A stretch of 64,000 nt of DNA from a bacterium (lineage in GTDB: Bacteria; Patescibacteriota; Minisyncoccia; Phycocordibacterales; UBA12079), in NCBI GenBank assembly GCA_030641525.1, contig DAOWHH010000016.1, positions 1,073 to 65,072 on the forward strand, given 5' to 3'. Shown in pieces: positions 9,856-20,801 of this stretch. The notes under the pieces are model-generated. The model did no database searches and had not been told where the DNA came from. It saw only the letters and a program-made list of their open reading frames with translations. The position numbers and the translations under genes are program-made. Position 1 is the first letter of the stretch. Each line of letters begins with the position of its first letter.

Positions 9856-12084
9856 ATGACAAAGTTATTAATTGTTGAGTCACCAGCAAAATCAAAAACT
9901 ATTTCAAAATATCTTGGTAGCGACTATGTCGTGGAATCTTCTATTGGGCATATTCGTGATATTCCTAAATCAAATTCTAAAAAAGTTAATGCTGTTGATA
10001 TTGAAAATAATTTCAAACCAAATTACGAAACAATCAAAGGAAAAGAAAAGGTTATTGCTACTTTAAAAAGAGAAGCAACAAAGGCTGACGAGGTTCTACT
10101 TGCGATGGATCCAGACCGTGAAGGAGAAGCTATCGCTTGGCATATCGCTGAAGTTTTAAAAATGCCCAAAGCTCAAAGAGTGGTTTTTAACGAAATTACA
10201 GAAGAAGCTGTTCAAGAGGCAATAAAAAATCCTCGTGAAATTGACCAAAAATTAAGAAGGGCTCAAGAAGCCAGAAGAATTTTAGATAGATTATTTGGTT
10301 ATGGTTTAAGTGGATTAATTTGGAAAAAATTAAGATACGGACTTTCCGCAGGAAGAGTTCAATCCCCTGCTCTTAGAATTATAATGGAAAGAGAAAGATT
10401 AATTAGAGCTTTTATTCCAGAAAATTTCTGGGTAATTACAGCAGACCTTAAAACAAAAATAGGAAATATTTTAACCCTTACTTGTTCTGAAGAACCAAAA
10501 GATGAAAAAAGAGTGGCTAATATTTTAAAAATCGGAAAAAAAGAAAAATGGACAGTATCAGAAATTAAAGAAACAGAAACTAAAAGATCACCTCGTGCTC
10601 CATTTATTACTTCCACCTTACAACAAACAGCTAGTTCTCGTTTAGGATTTTCCCCTAGCCAAACTATGATGTTTGCTCAAAAGCTTTACGAAGCGGGATA
10701 TATCACCTATATGCGAACTGACAGTATTACTTTAAGTGCTAACGCCCAAAAACAAGCTCATTCTGTTATATCTAAAGAATACGGAAAGGAATATTTAAGT
10801 CCTAGAGTATTTAAGTCTAAAAGCAAAAATGCTCAAGAGGCTCACGAGGCAATCCGACCTTCTAATTTAAGTGTAGTCACTGCTGGAAAAACTCCCGAAC
10901 AAAATAAATTATATACTCTTATTCGTCAAAGAACTTTAGCTTCTCAAATGAGTGATGCTAAATTATTAAAAACAAAAATAATTACCCGTATTGGAAAAAG
11001 AGCTAAAAAAGACTTTAAACTTACGAGTGGACAAAGTGATGATTTTCCGTATTTTTTTATAAATGGTTCACGATTACTTTTTGATGGTTGGCTAAAAGTT
11101 GATCCATTAGCTCGTGGAGAAGATATTGAAGTTCCAGAGATTAAAAAAGGTGACGCTTTAGACCTATTAGAAATGAAAACTGAGGCTAAAGAAACTCAAC
11201 CGCCAACACGCTACTCAGAAGCATCTTTAATTAAAGAATTAGAAAAAAGAGGATTGGGTCGCCCAAGTACTTATGCTACAATAACTAAAACACTCTATAA
11301 TAGAGCTTATATTGAGAAAATAAATAAAGCTTTACACCCAACCGACACAGGAGATATTGTTAGTTCTTTTTTAGAAGATCATTTTACCAATTATATTAGT
11401 GATGATTTCACTGCCAAAATGGAAGATGAATTAGACGACATAGCTAACGGAGATGATACCTATGAAAATTTACTTAATAATTTTTATAAACCTTTTATAA
11501 AAACAATGAAAGAAAAAGAATCTATAGAAAAAATATCTAATTTAGGACCAGCTGATGAAAAATACAAATGTCCTAAATGTAAAGCCAAGATGGTAATCAA
11601 ATTAGGTAAAACTGGTAAATTTATAAGTTGTGAAAAATTCCCTGATTGTGATGGAGCTTTGACTATAGACGGAGAAGAAATGGCTGGACCTCAGGAAACA
11701 GGAGAAAAATGTCCTGATTGTGGAGAGAAAAAAGATGGTAAATTAGTTATCAGAGAAGGTCGTTTTGGAAAATTCATTTCCTGTTCCAATTATCCAAAAT
11801 GTAAATATATTAAAAATGATCCTGAAGAAGAAAAGAAAAAAATGACAGGAGTTAAATGTCCTGATTGTGGAAAGGGAGAAATGATGGAAAGAAATGGAAG
11901 ATTTGGAATCTTTTATAGTTGTTCAAATTACCCTAAATGTAAAAATGCTATTAAAGCCAAGCCAACCGGAAAATTATGTCCAATGTGTAGTAAATTAATG
12001 ATGGAAGGAACTAAAACCATCCCAGAAAGGTGTTCAGATAAAACTTGCCCTAACCATAGACCAGATAGATTAAAGCCTGTTTAG
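9856..12084 (+). CDS. topA: DNA topoisomerase I
   Basis: LIVESPAK, DPDREGE, SAGRVQS, ITYMRTD, GRPSTY, C-terminal zinc ribbons. Confidence 0.97.
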   Translation: MTKLLIVESPAKSKTISKYLGSDYVVESSIGHIRDIPKSNSKKVNAVDIENNFKPNYETIKGKEKVIATLKREATKADEVLLAMDPDREGEAIAWHIAEVLKMPKAQRVVFNEITEEAVQEAIKNPREIDQKLRRAQEARRILDRLFGYGLSGLIWKKLRYGLSAGRVQSPALRIIMERERLIRAFIPENFWVITADLKTKIGNILTLTCSEEPKDEKRVANILKIGKKEKWTVSEIKETETKRSPRAPFITSTLQQTASSRLGFSPSQTMMFAQKLYEAGYITYMRTDSITLSANAQKQAHSVISKEYGKEYLSPRVFKSKSKNAQEAHEAIRPSNLSVVTAGKTPEQNKLYTLIRQRTLASQMSDAKLLKTKIITRIGKRAKKDFKLTSGQSDDFPYFFINGSRLLFDGWLKVDPLARGEDIEVPEIKKGDALDLLEMKTEAKETQPPTRYSEASLIKELEKRGLGRPSTYATITKTLYNRAYIEKINKALHPTDTGDIVSSFLEDHFTNYISDDFTAKMEDELDDIANGDDTYENLLNNFYKPFIKTMKEKESIEKISNLGPADEKYKCPKCKAKMVIKLGKTGKFISCEKFPDCDGALTIDGEEMAGPQETGEKCPDCGEKKDGKLVIREGRFGKFISCSNYPKCKYIKNDPEEEKKKMTGVKCPDCGKGEMMERNGRFGIFYSCSNYPKCKNAIKAKPTGKLCPMCSKLMMEGTKTIPERCSDKTCPNHRPDRLKPV

Positions 12085-12173
12085 GATCTTAGAGAAAAAA
12101 GAAAAAAGTCCGATTGTTAATATAATCGAACTTTTAAAATAATACCGACTCAATGATTTTAGAAAATTTTTGG

Positions 12174-12488
12174 TTAATCGTTCCAAAAAGCTGCAGCTGG
12201 ATTATCATAACCTTCTATTTTAGATGCCGAGCACCTATCTTCCAACTCCTGTATAAACTTATCAATTTCAGAATCGTTTTTTTCTTCAGCTAAATCTCTT
12301 GCCATCTTAGTTACTTTAGCAAACGCTTTATTAGCCTGAACAATTGCATCGCCTAATTGTTTTTTACGAAGCCATTTTTTAAAAAACTCTTCTATCATCC
12401 TATCTGTGATATATGTTTCAAATTCAGACGACCAAACCCTAAACACACGACCTTGACGATCAATAATAATATCTTTACTGATTTCCAT
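12174..12488 (-). CDS. Hypothetical protein
   Basis: 104-aa ORF with GAGGGG RBS. Confidence 0.65.
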   Translation of the reverse strand: MEISKDIIIDRQGRVFRVWSSEFETYITDRMIEEFFKKWLRKKQLGDAIVQANKAFAKVTKMARDLAEEKNDSEIDKFIQELEDRCSASKIEGYDNPAAAFWND

Positions 12489-12691
12489 AGAAACCCCTCG
12501 TTTTAAACGGTTATATATTTTCTTTCTGACTTAAACTTATGTATAGCAGATTACTTGTTTTTTAAAAATAAGTCAATAACGACTATTTTTATTTTTTATG
12601 ACATAATAATTAAGTAGTAAGTATTAGGTATGTAAAATTCGCTTTGCGAATTTTAGCTTAATACTTACTACTTGATACTTAATACTTATCT

Positions 12692-13063
12692 ATGGATATT
12701 AAAAACACCACTAAACAAAATAATCCTCGCATCCCTGCACAAAAAATCAAAGACAAAATCTTAGGTAAAAATTATAAATTGTCTTTAGTTTTTTGTGGTG
12801 ATAAATTATCTAAAAGATTAAATAAAGAATATAGAAAAATTGACAAAGCTACAGACATTTTAAGTTTTCCTCTTTCAAAAGATGAGGGTGAGATTTTTAT
12901 AAATCTTAATTTAAGTAAAAAGAAAGCGAGTGAATATAATAGAAATTACACAAATTTTATCGCCTTTTTACTTATCCACGGTTTATTGCATTTGAAAGGT
13001 TACTCACATAGTAGTAAAATGGAGAAGGAAGAAGAAAAAATCCGAAAAGTTTTTAATATTTAG
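12692..13063 (+). CDS. ybeY: rRNA maturation RNase YbeY
   Basis: LNKEYRKIDKATDILSF and HGLLHLKGYSH motifs. Confidence 0.93.
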   Translation: MDIKNTTKQNNPRIPAQKIKDKILGKNYKLSLVFCGDKLSKRLNKEYRKIDKATDILSFPLSKDEGEIFINLNLSKKKASEYNRNYTNFIAFLLIHGLLHLKGYSHSSKMEKEEEKIRKVFNI

Positions 13064-13186
13064 AGCCTGTCTATCAACAGGCGAGTTCATAAAGTTAAAA
13101 GTTTTTAAAATTTAAAGTAAAAATTTGCAGAGCAAATTTTTATAACTTTTAACTTTATAAACTTTACAAACTTTCTACTTATTTTT

Positions 13187-14355
13187 ATGTCAAAAAAATT
13201 GCAGTTGGAATAGATGTTGGATCATATCAAATAAAAGTAGTTGTCACCGAATTAGTCAAAAAGGACAACAAATATGTTCCTGAAGTGATAGGAAAGGGTC
13301 TTCATAAATCCAAAGGGTTAATGCATGGTTATATCATAAATAAAAATGAAGTGTCAAGAAGCATTATCAGTGCAGTAGAACAGGCTGAAACACAATCTGG
13401 AGTAAAAATTAAAAAAGCTTTCATATCAATAGGTGGTGTTAGTTTAGAAGGAATTAATTTAAAAAGTACTACCATTATTACCCGTGCTGATTTAGAAGTG
13501 ACTCAAATAGACTTAGACAATATAAACATAGAAAACGAAAAGAACCCAGCTCTCCTTAATAAAAAAATAATTAGTGCCATTCCGATTGAATACAAAATAG
13601 ATGATAAAAAAGTATTAGGTAATCCTATCGGAATGCAAGGATCAAAATTAAAATCAGAAATATTGTACATTACCTGTCTTAAACAACATCTCCATGACCT
13701 TATTCAAGCTATTGAAGAAGTAGATATAGAAGTGGAAGATGTTTACGCTTCTCCAATAGCTGGATCTTTTGTCACCCTAACAAAATCACAAAAAATAGCT
13801 GGTTGTGTATTAGCTAATTTAGGATCTGAAACAGTTTCAATCATTGTATTTGAAAATGATATCCCTATTTCTTTGGAAATACTTCCAATTGGATCAACTA
13901 ATATTACAAATAATATAGCTTTAGAATTAAAAACCACATTAGAAGAAGCAGAAAAGATTAAACACGGAATTTTAACTTCTACTATATATCCAAAAAAGAA
14001 ATTAGATGAAATTGTCAAAATTCAATTAGAAAATATTTTTAAATTAATAGAAGCTCATTTGAAAAAGATAAATAGAAATGCCTTATTACCAGCTGGAATT
14101 ATAATTTCAGGAGGAGGGTCAGGTATAACTACAATAAAAGATTTAGCTGAAGCTTATCTAAATATACCATCACGAATAGCTAATTTAAATTTTATAAATA
14201 ATTCAAGTGAAATTATTCATGATTCAACATGGGCAGTAGCCTATGGTTTATGTTTAATGGGCTTAAGTTCTGATAGAGAAAAATCTTCCTCATTTAATAG
14301 CATTTCAGGATTTATTAAACAGATCAAAAACTGGATAGCACAATATTTTGTATAG
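13187..14355 (+). CDS. ftsA: Cell division protein FtsA; ATG one base out of frame at the A7 run 13192-13198
   Basis: IAVGIDVGSYQIKV reads in frame from 13198; NPIGMQG, GSTNITNNIA, SGGGS; upstream of ftsZ. Confidence 0.9.
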
Positions 14356-14423
14356 ACTTGTGTTTTTTGTTAATATATATTAGAAATAATAGATAAATAA
14401 CTTATTATTATAAGGAAATCAAT

Positions 14424-15614
14424 ATGCCAAAAATTAACACAGATGTAGAAGCGTTCGCTAGAATAAAAATCATTGGAATTGGTGGTGCAGGAAAAAACGC
14501 TACTAATTATATGATAAAGTCAAAAGTACAAGGAGTAGAGTTTATAGCTATAAATACTGATGCTCAGGATCTTCATCATTCACTATCAAAAAAGAAAATT
14601 CACATTGGTAAGCATTTAACTAATGGCTTAGGAGCAGGAATGAATCCAGAAATAGGTAAAAAAGCAGCTGAAGAAACAGTTGAGGAAATTCAAGATATCT
14701 TGAAAGGAGCCAATATGGTTTTCATTACTGCTGGTATGGGTGGAGGTACTGGTACAGGTGCAGCCCCTATTATAGCTAAAACAGCTAAAGATTTAGGTGT
14801 ACTTACAGTAGCAGTTGTAACGAAACCGTTTTTATTTGAAGGAGCAAAAAGAATGTCAATTGCAGAACAAGGACTTGAAAAATTAAAAGAATCTGTGGAT
14901 GCATTGATAGTTATTCCTAATGATCGCATATTAAGTGTTGCTCCAGAAGGAACTACAATGGATAATGCTTTTGCTATGAGTGATAAAATACTGAAAGAAG
15001 CAGTTGAAGGTATCTCAGATCTTATTACCGTTCCTGGAAGAATTAATGTTGATTTCGCTGATATCTTGGCAATTATGGGTAATGCTGGTTCTGCACTTAT
15101 GGGTATAGGAAAAGCAATTGGAGAAAATAGAGCTGAGGAAGCAGCAAAAATGGCTATTAATTCCCCACTATTAGATATCTCCATAGCAGGAGCTAAAGGA
15201 GTTCTTCTTTCAGTTGCAGGAGGTGATGATCTAACAATAAATGAAATTCAAAATGCAGCTAAGATTATAACAGAATCAATTGATCCAGATGCTAAAGTTA
15301 TATTTGGAACATCAAAGACAGATAAATTAAAGAAGAATGAAATTAAAGTCACAGTTATTGCTACCGGTTTTAAAGACGGAGTAAAAAATACAGTCAATAC
15401 TGGAGGAATATTTCAAAAACCAATTAAAATTGAAGAAGAAAAAGGAGGTATTTTTGGAGGATCAAATAAAAAAACAGAAGCATCTGATAAAAATAAAACT
15501 GAAGAAAAGAAAAAGCCAGAATCCAAAAAGAATATAATTATAGAAGAAAACGAGGATGATGATGACACATGGGACGCAATTCCATCTTTTCTTAAACGAT
15601 CTAAGTTGAAATAG
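14424..15614 (+). CDS. ftsZ: Cell division GTPase FtsZ
   Basis: GMGGGTGTG, NVDFAD, C-terminal DAIPSFLKR. Confidence 0.98.
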   Translation: MPKINTDVEAFARIKIIGIGGAGKNATNYMIKSKVQGVEFIAINTDAQDLHHSLSKKKIHIGKHLTNGLGAGMNPEIGKKAAEETVEEIQDILKGANMVFITAGMGGGTGTGAAPIIAKTAKDLGVLTVAVVTKPFLFEGAKRMSIAEQGLEKLKESVDALIVIPNDRILSVAPEGTTMDNAFAMSDKILKEAVEGISDLITVPGRINVDFADILAIMGNAGSALMGIGKAIGENRAEEAAKMAINSPLLDISIAGAKGVLLSVAGGDDLTINEIQNAAKIITESIDPDAKVIFGTSKTDKLKKNEIKVTVIATGFKDGVKNTVNTGGIFQKPIKIEEEKGGIFGGSNKKTEASDKNKTEEKKKPESKKNIIIEENEDDDDTWDAIPSFLKRSKLK

Positions 15615-15831
15615 GAAATAGCTTACTAGCTTTTTGGCTTGTTAGAGAAAAAATCGCTTTGCGATTTTTTCCCTAATTAGCTAACCAGCTATAAGCTAGT
15701 AAGCTAAAATAAGTAGTAAGTATTGAATATCAAGTATGAAAAACTTTACTTCGTAAAATTTTTACCTTTAATTATTAGTATAATAAATAAAAAGTAGAAA
15801 GTTAAAAGTAGAATATTGAGAAAAATTTGCT

Positions 15832-15960
15832 TCCTAAATTAAAACTTTGTTTTAATCCTAAATTAAAACTTTGTTTTAATCCTAAATTAAAACTTTGTTT
15901 TAATCGGACGAACATCAAAGATGTTTTAGTCGGACGAACATTCTTTAGAATGTTTTAGTC
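15832..15960. repeat. Tandem hairpin array (3 x 24 bp plus 2 x 26-29 bp) nested in a hairpin apex
   Basis: (cctaaattaaaactttgttttaat)x3 then cggacgaaca-stem-tgttttagt x2, flanked by aaaaatttgc / gcaaattttt. Confidence 0.9.
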
Positions 15961-16003
15961 GCAAATTTTTCCGCCTAATACTTAATACTTGCTACTTAAT
16001 ACT

Positions 16004-16924
16004 ATGTTGTTTGATTTAGTAATAATCGGCGGAGGGCCAGCTGGTGTAGCCGCTGGCGTTTACGCTTCAAGAAAAAAAATAAAAACACTTTTTATCGCCA
16101 AAAACTTTGAGGGACAAAGCACTGTTTCGTCTGAAATTCAAAATTGGATAGGCACAATCAAAATTTCTGGAGCAGAATTATCTAAAAATCTAGAAAATCA
16201 TCTATTAGCATATAAAAACGATGTTATAGATATAAAAAAAGAATTAGTTGAGAATATAGTAAAAAAAGACTCTATTTTTGAAATAAAAACAGATAAAGAT
16301 AATTACCAAGCCAAAACTATTCTTGTGAGCTCAGGAAGCAAAAGAAAAAAACTAGAAATTCCAGGAGCTGAAAAATACGAAGGAAAAGGAGTTGTTTATT
16401 GTGCCACTTGTGATGGTCCTCTATTTACAGATAAAGATGTCGTAGTAATAGGTGGAGGAAATGCGGGATTTGAAAGTGTTTTACAACTTTTAGCTTATGC
16501 TAAAAGTGTCACTTTATTACAAAGATCAGATAAGTTTCGTGCTGATGAAATAACAATTAAAAATATATCTAAGAATCCAAAATTCAAAGCAATATTAAAT
16601 GCCAAAATATCAGAAATTAAAGGAGATAATTTCGTAAAATCAATTGTTTACAAAAACCCCAAAACTGGAGAAGAAAAAGAAATTCAAACAGAAGGGGTAT
16701 TCATAGAAATAGGTTCTATCCCTACTACGGATATTGTTAAAGATTTAGTTAATTTAGATGATTATAGGGCTATTATTGTTGATCATATGACACAAAAAAC
16801 TTCATTAGAAGGAATTTGGGCAGCTGGAGACTGTACTAATGGATTATATAAACAAAATAATATTGCAGTTGGAGACGGAATCAAAGCTTTAGAGAATATT
16901 CATCAATGGCTACAAAATCATTAA
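16004..16924 (+). CDS. trxB: Thioredoxin reductase / AhpF C-terminal-like FAD oxidoreductase
   Basis: GGGPAG, YCATCDG, GGGNAG, AAGD motifs. Confidence 0.88.
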   Translation: MLFDLVIIGGGPAGVAAGVYASRKKIKTLFIAKNFEGQSTVSSEIQNWIGTIKISGAELSKNLENHLLAYKNDVIDIKKELVENIVKKDSIFEIKTDKDNYQAKTILVSSGSKRKKLEIPGAEKYEGKGVVYCATCDGPLFTDKDVVVIGGGNAGFESVLQLLAYAKSVTLLQRSDKFRADEITIKNISKNPKFKAILNAKISEIKGDNFVKSIVYKNPKTGEEKEIQTEGVFIEIGSIPTTDIVKDLVNLDDYRAIIVDHMTQKTSLEGIWAAGDCTNGLYKQNNIAVGDGIKALENIHQWLQNH

Positions 16925-16985
16925 TATGAAAGTAAAAAATAGAGGGTATTTTACCTCCCTCTTTTTTTTAATAAACCTCCCAGGT

Positions 16986-17123
16986 CTAGCTACATTTTGG
17001 TTCATCTGTTTTTTTAAAGAATTTTATTTTAGGAAAACCCTTTAAATATACATAAAGAACAAGTAATGATATTATCCCTACGAATATCTTACTTAAATCA
17101 CTATTAAAAAATAATTCCAACAT
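16986..17123 (-). CDS. Small (45 aa) membrane protein absent from the ORF track
   Basis: AGGAG RBS then MLELFFNSDLSKIFVGIISLLVLYVYLKGFPKIKFFKKTDEPKCS*. Confidence 0.55.
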   Translation of the reverse strand: MLELFFNSDLSKIFVGIISLLVLYVYLKGFPKIKFFKKTDEPKCS

Positions 17124-17316
17124 AATGTTTCTCCTATAAAAATTCACATTATATTATAAGTACAAATATACTTACATTAAATCACATATTATTTTATTTA
17201 CTAAAACCTTAGGTTGATAACTTTTATAGGATTATTATTTTCTAATTTATTTAGAATTACAAATTTGAAAAAACCAGCTATCGGATAGCTGGTTTTAGGG
17301 ACATTTTAATTATTTT

Positions 17317-18063
17317 TTAAACCTTCTTAAAAAACCCCTTCCCTTCTTGGCGAACTTTTTCATAAAGAATAATAGAAGTAGCCGAACCAACATTCAAAGA
17401 GTCAATCCCCCTTTTCATTGGAATAGATAATTTATTATCACAACGATTTGAAATATTATCTGATACCCCCTCTTTTTCAGAACCTAAAACAAAAGCCGTC
17501 GGACCTTTCAAATCTTCGTTTGAATAAATACTTCCTTCCATATCCAGAGTAAATATCTTAATACCATTTTTCTTAAGCTCTTTTAGGGCTTCAAAAATAT
17601 TCATTTTCACTAGGGGAATTCTAGCAATCGCTCCAATTGAAAACTGAATAGTATCTTCATTAAAAACCAAATTCATATCTTTTTGAAAAATTAAACCATT
17701 CACTCCTGCAGCAAAAGCTGTACGAGCAATAGTTCCAATATTAGTTGAATAATCAACCTTTTCAAGAAGCAAAAAGAAAGGTTCCTTATCTTTCTCGTAA
17801 AGATTACCTAATAATTTTTTTAAAGTAATAGATTCCTTTCGTTTTAAAATACCTAAAACAGCTTCTCTGCTTTCACGATCTCTTCTTTTAGCCATCTTAC
17901 TATAAGGTGTATTTTCAATTGGTATTTGTCTTTTATTAGCTTCCGATACAATTGCCTTGGTTAAATCATCTTGTTCAAGACCAGCCAATATTACTATTTT
18001 TTCAAAAGCAACATCGCCAATCAGCAATTCATAGATAGCATTTTTATTTCTTATTTTTATCAT
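17317..18063 (-). CDS. TrmH/RlmB-family SPOUT RNA methyltransferase
   Basis: NIGTIARTA, VLGSEKEG, IPM...DSLNVG motifs. Confidence 0.9.
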   Translation of the reverse strand: MIKIRNKNAIYELLIGDVAFEKIVILAGLEQDDLTKAIVSEANKRQIPIENTPYSKMAKRRDRESREAVLGILKRKESITLKKLLGNLYEKDKEPFFLLLEKVDYSTNIGTIARTAFAAGVNGLIFQKDMNLVFNEDTIQFSIGAIARIPLVKMNIFEALKELKKNGIKIFTLDMEGSIYSNEDLKGPTAFVLGSEKEGVSDNISNRCDNKLSIPMKRGIDSLNVGSATSIILYEKVRQEGKGFFKKV

Positions 18064-18170
18064 CTTTTTAGGATACAGGATTATAGAGGTTTTTTCAATG
18101 ATTTGATTTTTGAATAAAAAAATCACCGTTCATTTTCAATTACTAGGTGATTTGTGTTAAAAACCAAGGA

Positions 18171-18572
18171 TTAATCATCTCTACAAATTGTTGGTAGAAA
18201 TCGCCCTTTTAATCTTCTCGTATGAGAAAACAAAGGTGCGCCATCTTTATAAGAAGATATTTCAAAACCATCTTCTAGTTTTATCCATTTGGTTTTCGAC
18301 GTAATCTTAACAATATTATCTTTGATTTCAAGTGGATACTTTGATAAGTCAGAAACACGAATTTTATTCTTAACACATTCTGCAATAAGAATTACTTCTG
18401 TATTCCTTATAAGCCAAAGCCTTTTATCACATCCATTAGCTTTAAATTCTATTCTATCTACAGGTGTACTTCTTATTAGCTCATAACCATCAATACTTAC
18501 GATAAGAAGTAAACCACTTTTGTCATCTGAAACAATGCCATGTTGACAAAATTCCCAGTCGAACCAAGTCAT
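18171..18572 (-). CDS. Hypothetical protein
   Basis: 133-aa ORF with G-rich RBS. Confidence 0.65.
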   Translation of the reverse strand: MTWFDWEFCQHGIVSDDKSGLLLIVSIDGYELIRSTPVDRIEFKANGCDKRLWLIRNTEVILIAECVKNKIRVSDLSKYPLEIKDNIVKITSKTKWIKLEDGFEISSYKDGAPLFSHTRRLKGRFLPTICRDD

Positions 18573-18705
18573 AATCCCCCTTTTCGATTTTTTTTATTTA
18601 AAATCAAATAACTTTAAACTTTATATTTTTTAACATATTTTTGATAAATTAGCAAGAGAAATATATTTAAATAAAAAAATCCCCAACAAAGTTGGGGTTT
18701 TTGTT

Positions 18706-18975
18706 TTACTTCGGCATCGGAAATGCTTCTTGAGCAATAGGAAGAATTAGGTTATGAGTAAACTCCTGAACTTCTTCTATTTTGATACCGAATCTTTTAG
18801 CAGTTAATCCAACCCAAATCTGAATAATTTCAGGATTAAATGAACCAAACCCTTCTTTCCGAACCAAATCCTGAAGTTGAGAATAACAATCTTTCTCCGA
18901 CCTTGGAATTAACTTTTGTTTTTTAAAAAGATATGAACGAGCTATCTCATTTTTTCGTTCTTCTGTCATAGCCAT
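18706..18975 (-). CDS. Hypothetical protein
   Basis: AGGAGG RBS, downstream terminator hairpin. Confidence 0.7.
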   Translation of the reverse strand: MAMTEERKNEIARSYLFKKQKLIPRSEKDCYSQLQDLVRKEGFGSFNPEIIQIWVGLTAKRFGIKIEEVQEFTHNLILPIAQEAFPMPK

Positions 18976-19165
18976 TGTAACCTCCTTTTAATGAACTTTT
19001 ACATAAATCTATAATTTGGTGAGATCAAATGATTTATGATTACGTTAATATGGTACTATAAAATAACAGGAATGTAAAGAATCTTTCTTTGCTCTTGTAA
19101 TTAATTTTTCTATAAAAAAACAGCTGATCAAATTAATCAACTGTTTAGAGGAAAAATGAAAGAGT

Positions 19166-19438
19166 TTAGATATGTTTGTAGCACACCACCACCTGAACAT
19201 CTCCGTACTTACCTTTTTCATTATATACGTCTTTTTTAATCAAGTTGTTCTTTTTTCTTCGTCTATCTTCACCTTCTTGTTGAACTTCCAAAGATACAGA
19301 AGATAGACAAGCACTAACAACTTCAATTGACTTTTGTTCATCAATCCATTTTTGAGCAACTTCTAAGGCTTTACTTGCACTCTCATAGAAACATGTCCTA
19401 TGAACAAGGATCTCTTCACTCATTTTTAATTCCTTCAA
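19166..19438 (-). CDS. Hypothetical protein
   Basis: ORF; start may be the internal ATG preceded by AAGGAA. Confidence 0.6.
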   Translation of the reverse strand: MKELKMSEEILVHRTCFYESASKALEVAQKWIDEQKSIEVVSACLSSVSLEVQQEGEDRRRKKNNLIKKDVYNEKGKYGDVQVVVCYKHI

Positions 19439-19533
19439 TTATATTCAAATTTAAATTTGTCATAACACGAAATGATATACAAATATAAAATATATATATC
19501 ATAAACTGGTATTGAAAACAAATATCACAAAAA

Positions 19534-19938
19534 TCAATATTTATAATAATACTCATATCCATAACCCCATCTCCATGGAGCAGGAATTAAAGGGTGTCCA
19601 AAAGGTCTTATACCTAAATACATAATACTTCCCATTGGATATAGAATTTTATTTACTTCGTTTTTCAACTCTATGTCAGAGTTTTTTCTCTCTTCTGCAC
19701 TTCCTCCCGCCCAATATTGCATATCATGATTAATGCAAATATTTGTAAAATCAACTCCCAAAAAACCATTAGGCCAAAGGGAGCAACCATCTGTTGTGAA
19801 TCTTTTAGGAGGAATAACTTCTCTATTCTCTACGGATAATTTAATTAAATCTTCCATATTTGTTGGTTTGAATTTTTGATCGATGAGAACAATAATCAGG
19901 AAAATTATTAGGATTGTTATGAGGGATATCTTTTTCAT
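19534..19938 (-). CDS. Membrane-anchored protein with a prokaryotic phospholipase A2-like motif
   Basis: N-terminal TM; FTTDGCS...CINHDMQY...D (C-x-x-H-D) pattern. Confidence 0.55.
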   Translation of the reverse strand: MKKISLITILIIFLIIVLIDQKFKPTNMEDLIKLSVENREVIPPKRFTTDGCSLWPNGFLGVDFTNICINHDMQYWAGGSAEERKNSDIELKNEVNKILYPMGSIMYLGIRPFGHPLIPAPWRWGYGYEYYYKY

Positions 19939-20092
19939 AAGGTTATTATAATATTTTTTTAATGTTGAGGTAAGGGTTATTGAAATAAAAAATCGCTAAA
20001 GTTTTGTTTTTAGCGATCTCGTCATAATAATCGGTTATTTAGAAATTTTGGATTATTACCCCATCTCCACCGTTAGCCATATCCATTATTGA

Positions 20093-20557
20093 TTACTCAA
20101 TTATAGTTGGTCTTCGATGAACTTTACCTTTACCATCTTCATCTGGTATCCATTGTCCTGCATAATCTGCTCCTGTCTCAGCACAAGTTGTTCTACCACA
20201 ACCTACAACAGCCATTCTCTCTTTGTCATAAATAACGGCATTTTCAGGCAATTCAAACTCATCTTTGTTTCTCGGAGAATAAAGAGTAATTGAGCTTCCG
20301 ATAAAAATCGGTTTTTTACACCAAGCACAGAGAATCGCCATTTTACCAATACACTCAAGACAATACTCAACTGAACCGTCTTTATTCACTAGCATTTTCA
20401 TTGTGATTGTTTCTCCAAAAGCTGAAATTTTTCCTTTGATTCTAGTCTTATGTCCACATTTAGCTATGAAATTCTTTTTGCGGATTGAATAAATAGCCCA
20501 CATTAAACACAAAAGTCCTAATATAGGAAATGCAATCCATATAGCTTGATTTTCCAT
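20093..20557 (-). CDS. Hypothetical Cys-rich (CxxC) membrane-anchored protein
   Basis: TM, CGH, CLEC, CAWC; AGGAG RBS. Confidence 0.7.
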   Translation of the reverse strand: MENQAIWIAFPILGLLCLMWAIYSIRKKNFIAKCGHKTRIKGKISAFGETITMKMLVNKDGSVEYCLECIGKMAILCAWCKKPIFIGSSITLYSPRNKDEFELPENAVIYDKERMAVVGCGRTTCAETGADYAGQWIPDEDGKGKVHRRPTIIE

Positions 20558-20801
20558 TCTGTACTCCTTTCGTTTGTTATATAAGGTACTTCTATTAAGA
20601 GGTCTTAATAATAAAACAAAATAACCATAAAATCAAGAAAAAGATTTTATGGTTATTTTAAATTTTATATATAATTTAATTTACTTCTCCCAAACTATGT
20701 TCTCTACCAGTTTTTCCATCAGTTATCATTCTATCAAAATTGGGGTAGATTTTGATAGAATATAGGATATTTATGTAAAATATACCTCAATTTTGATAGA
20801 A

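Noticed and set aside
14690-15184. 164-aa antisense ORF and the other short ORFs opposite known genes
   Set aside because: Shadow frames of ftsZ, pbp, smc, topA, valS, leuS and others
15833-15960. CRISPR array
   Set aside because: The 24-bp units are directly adjacent with no spacers, and there are no cas genes
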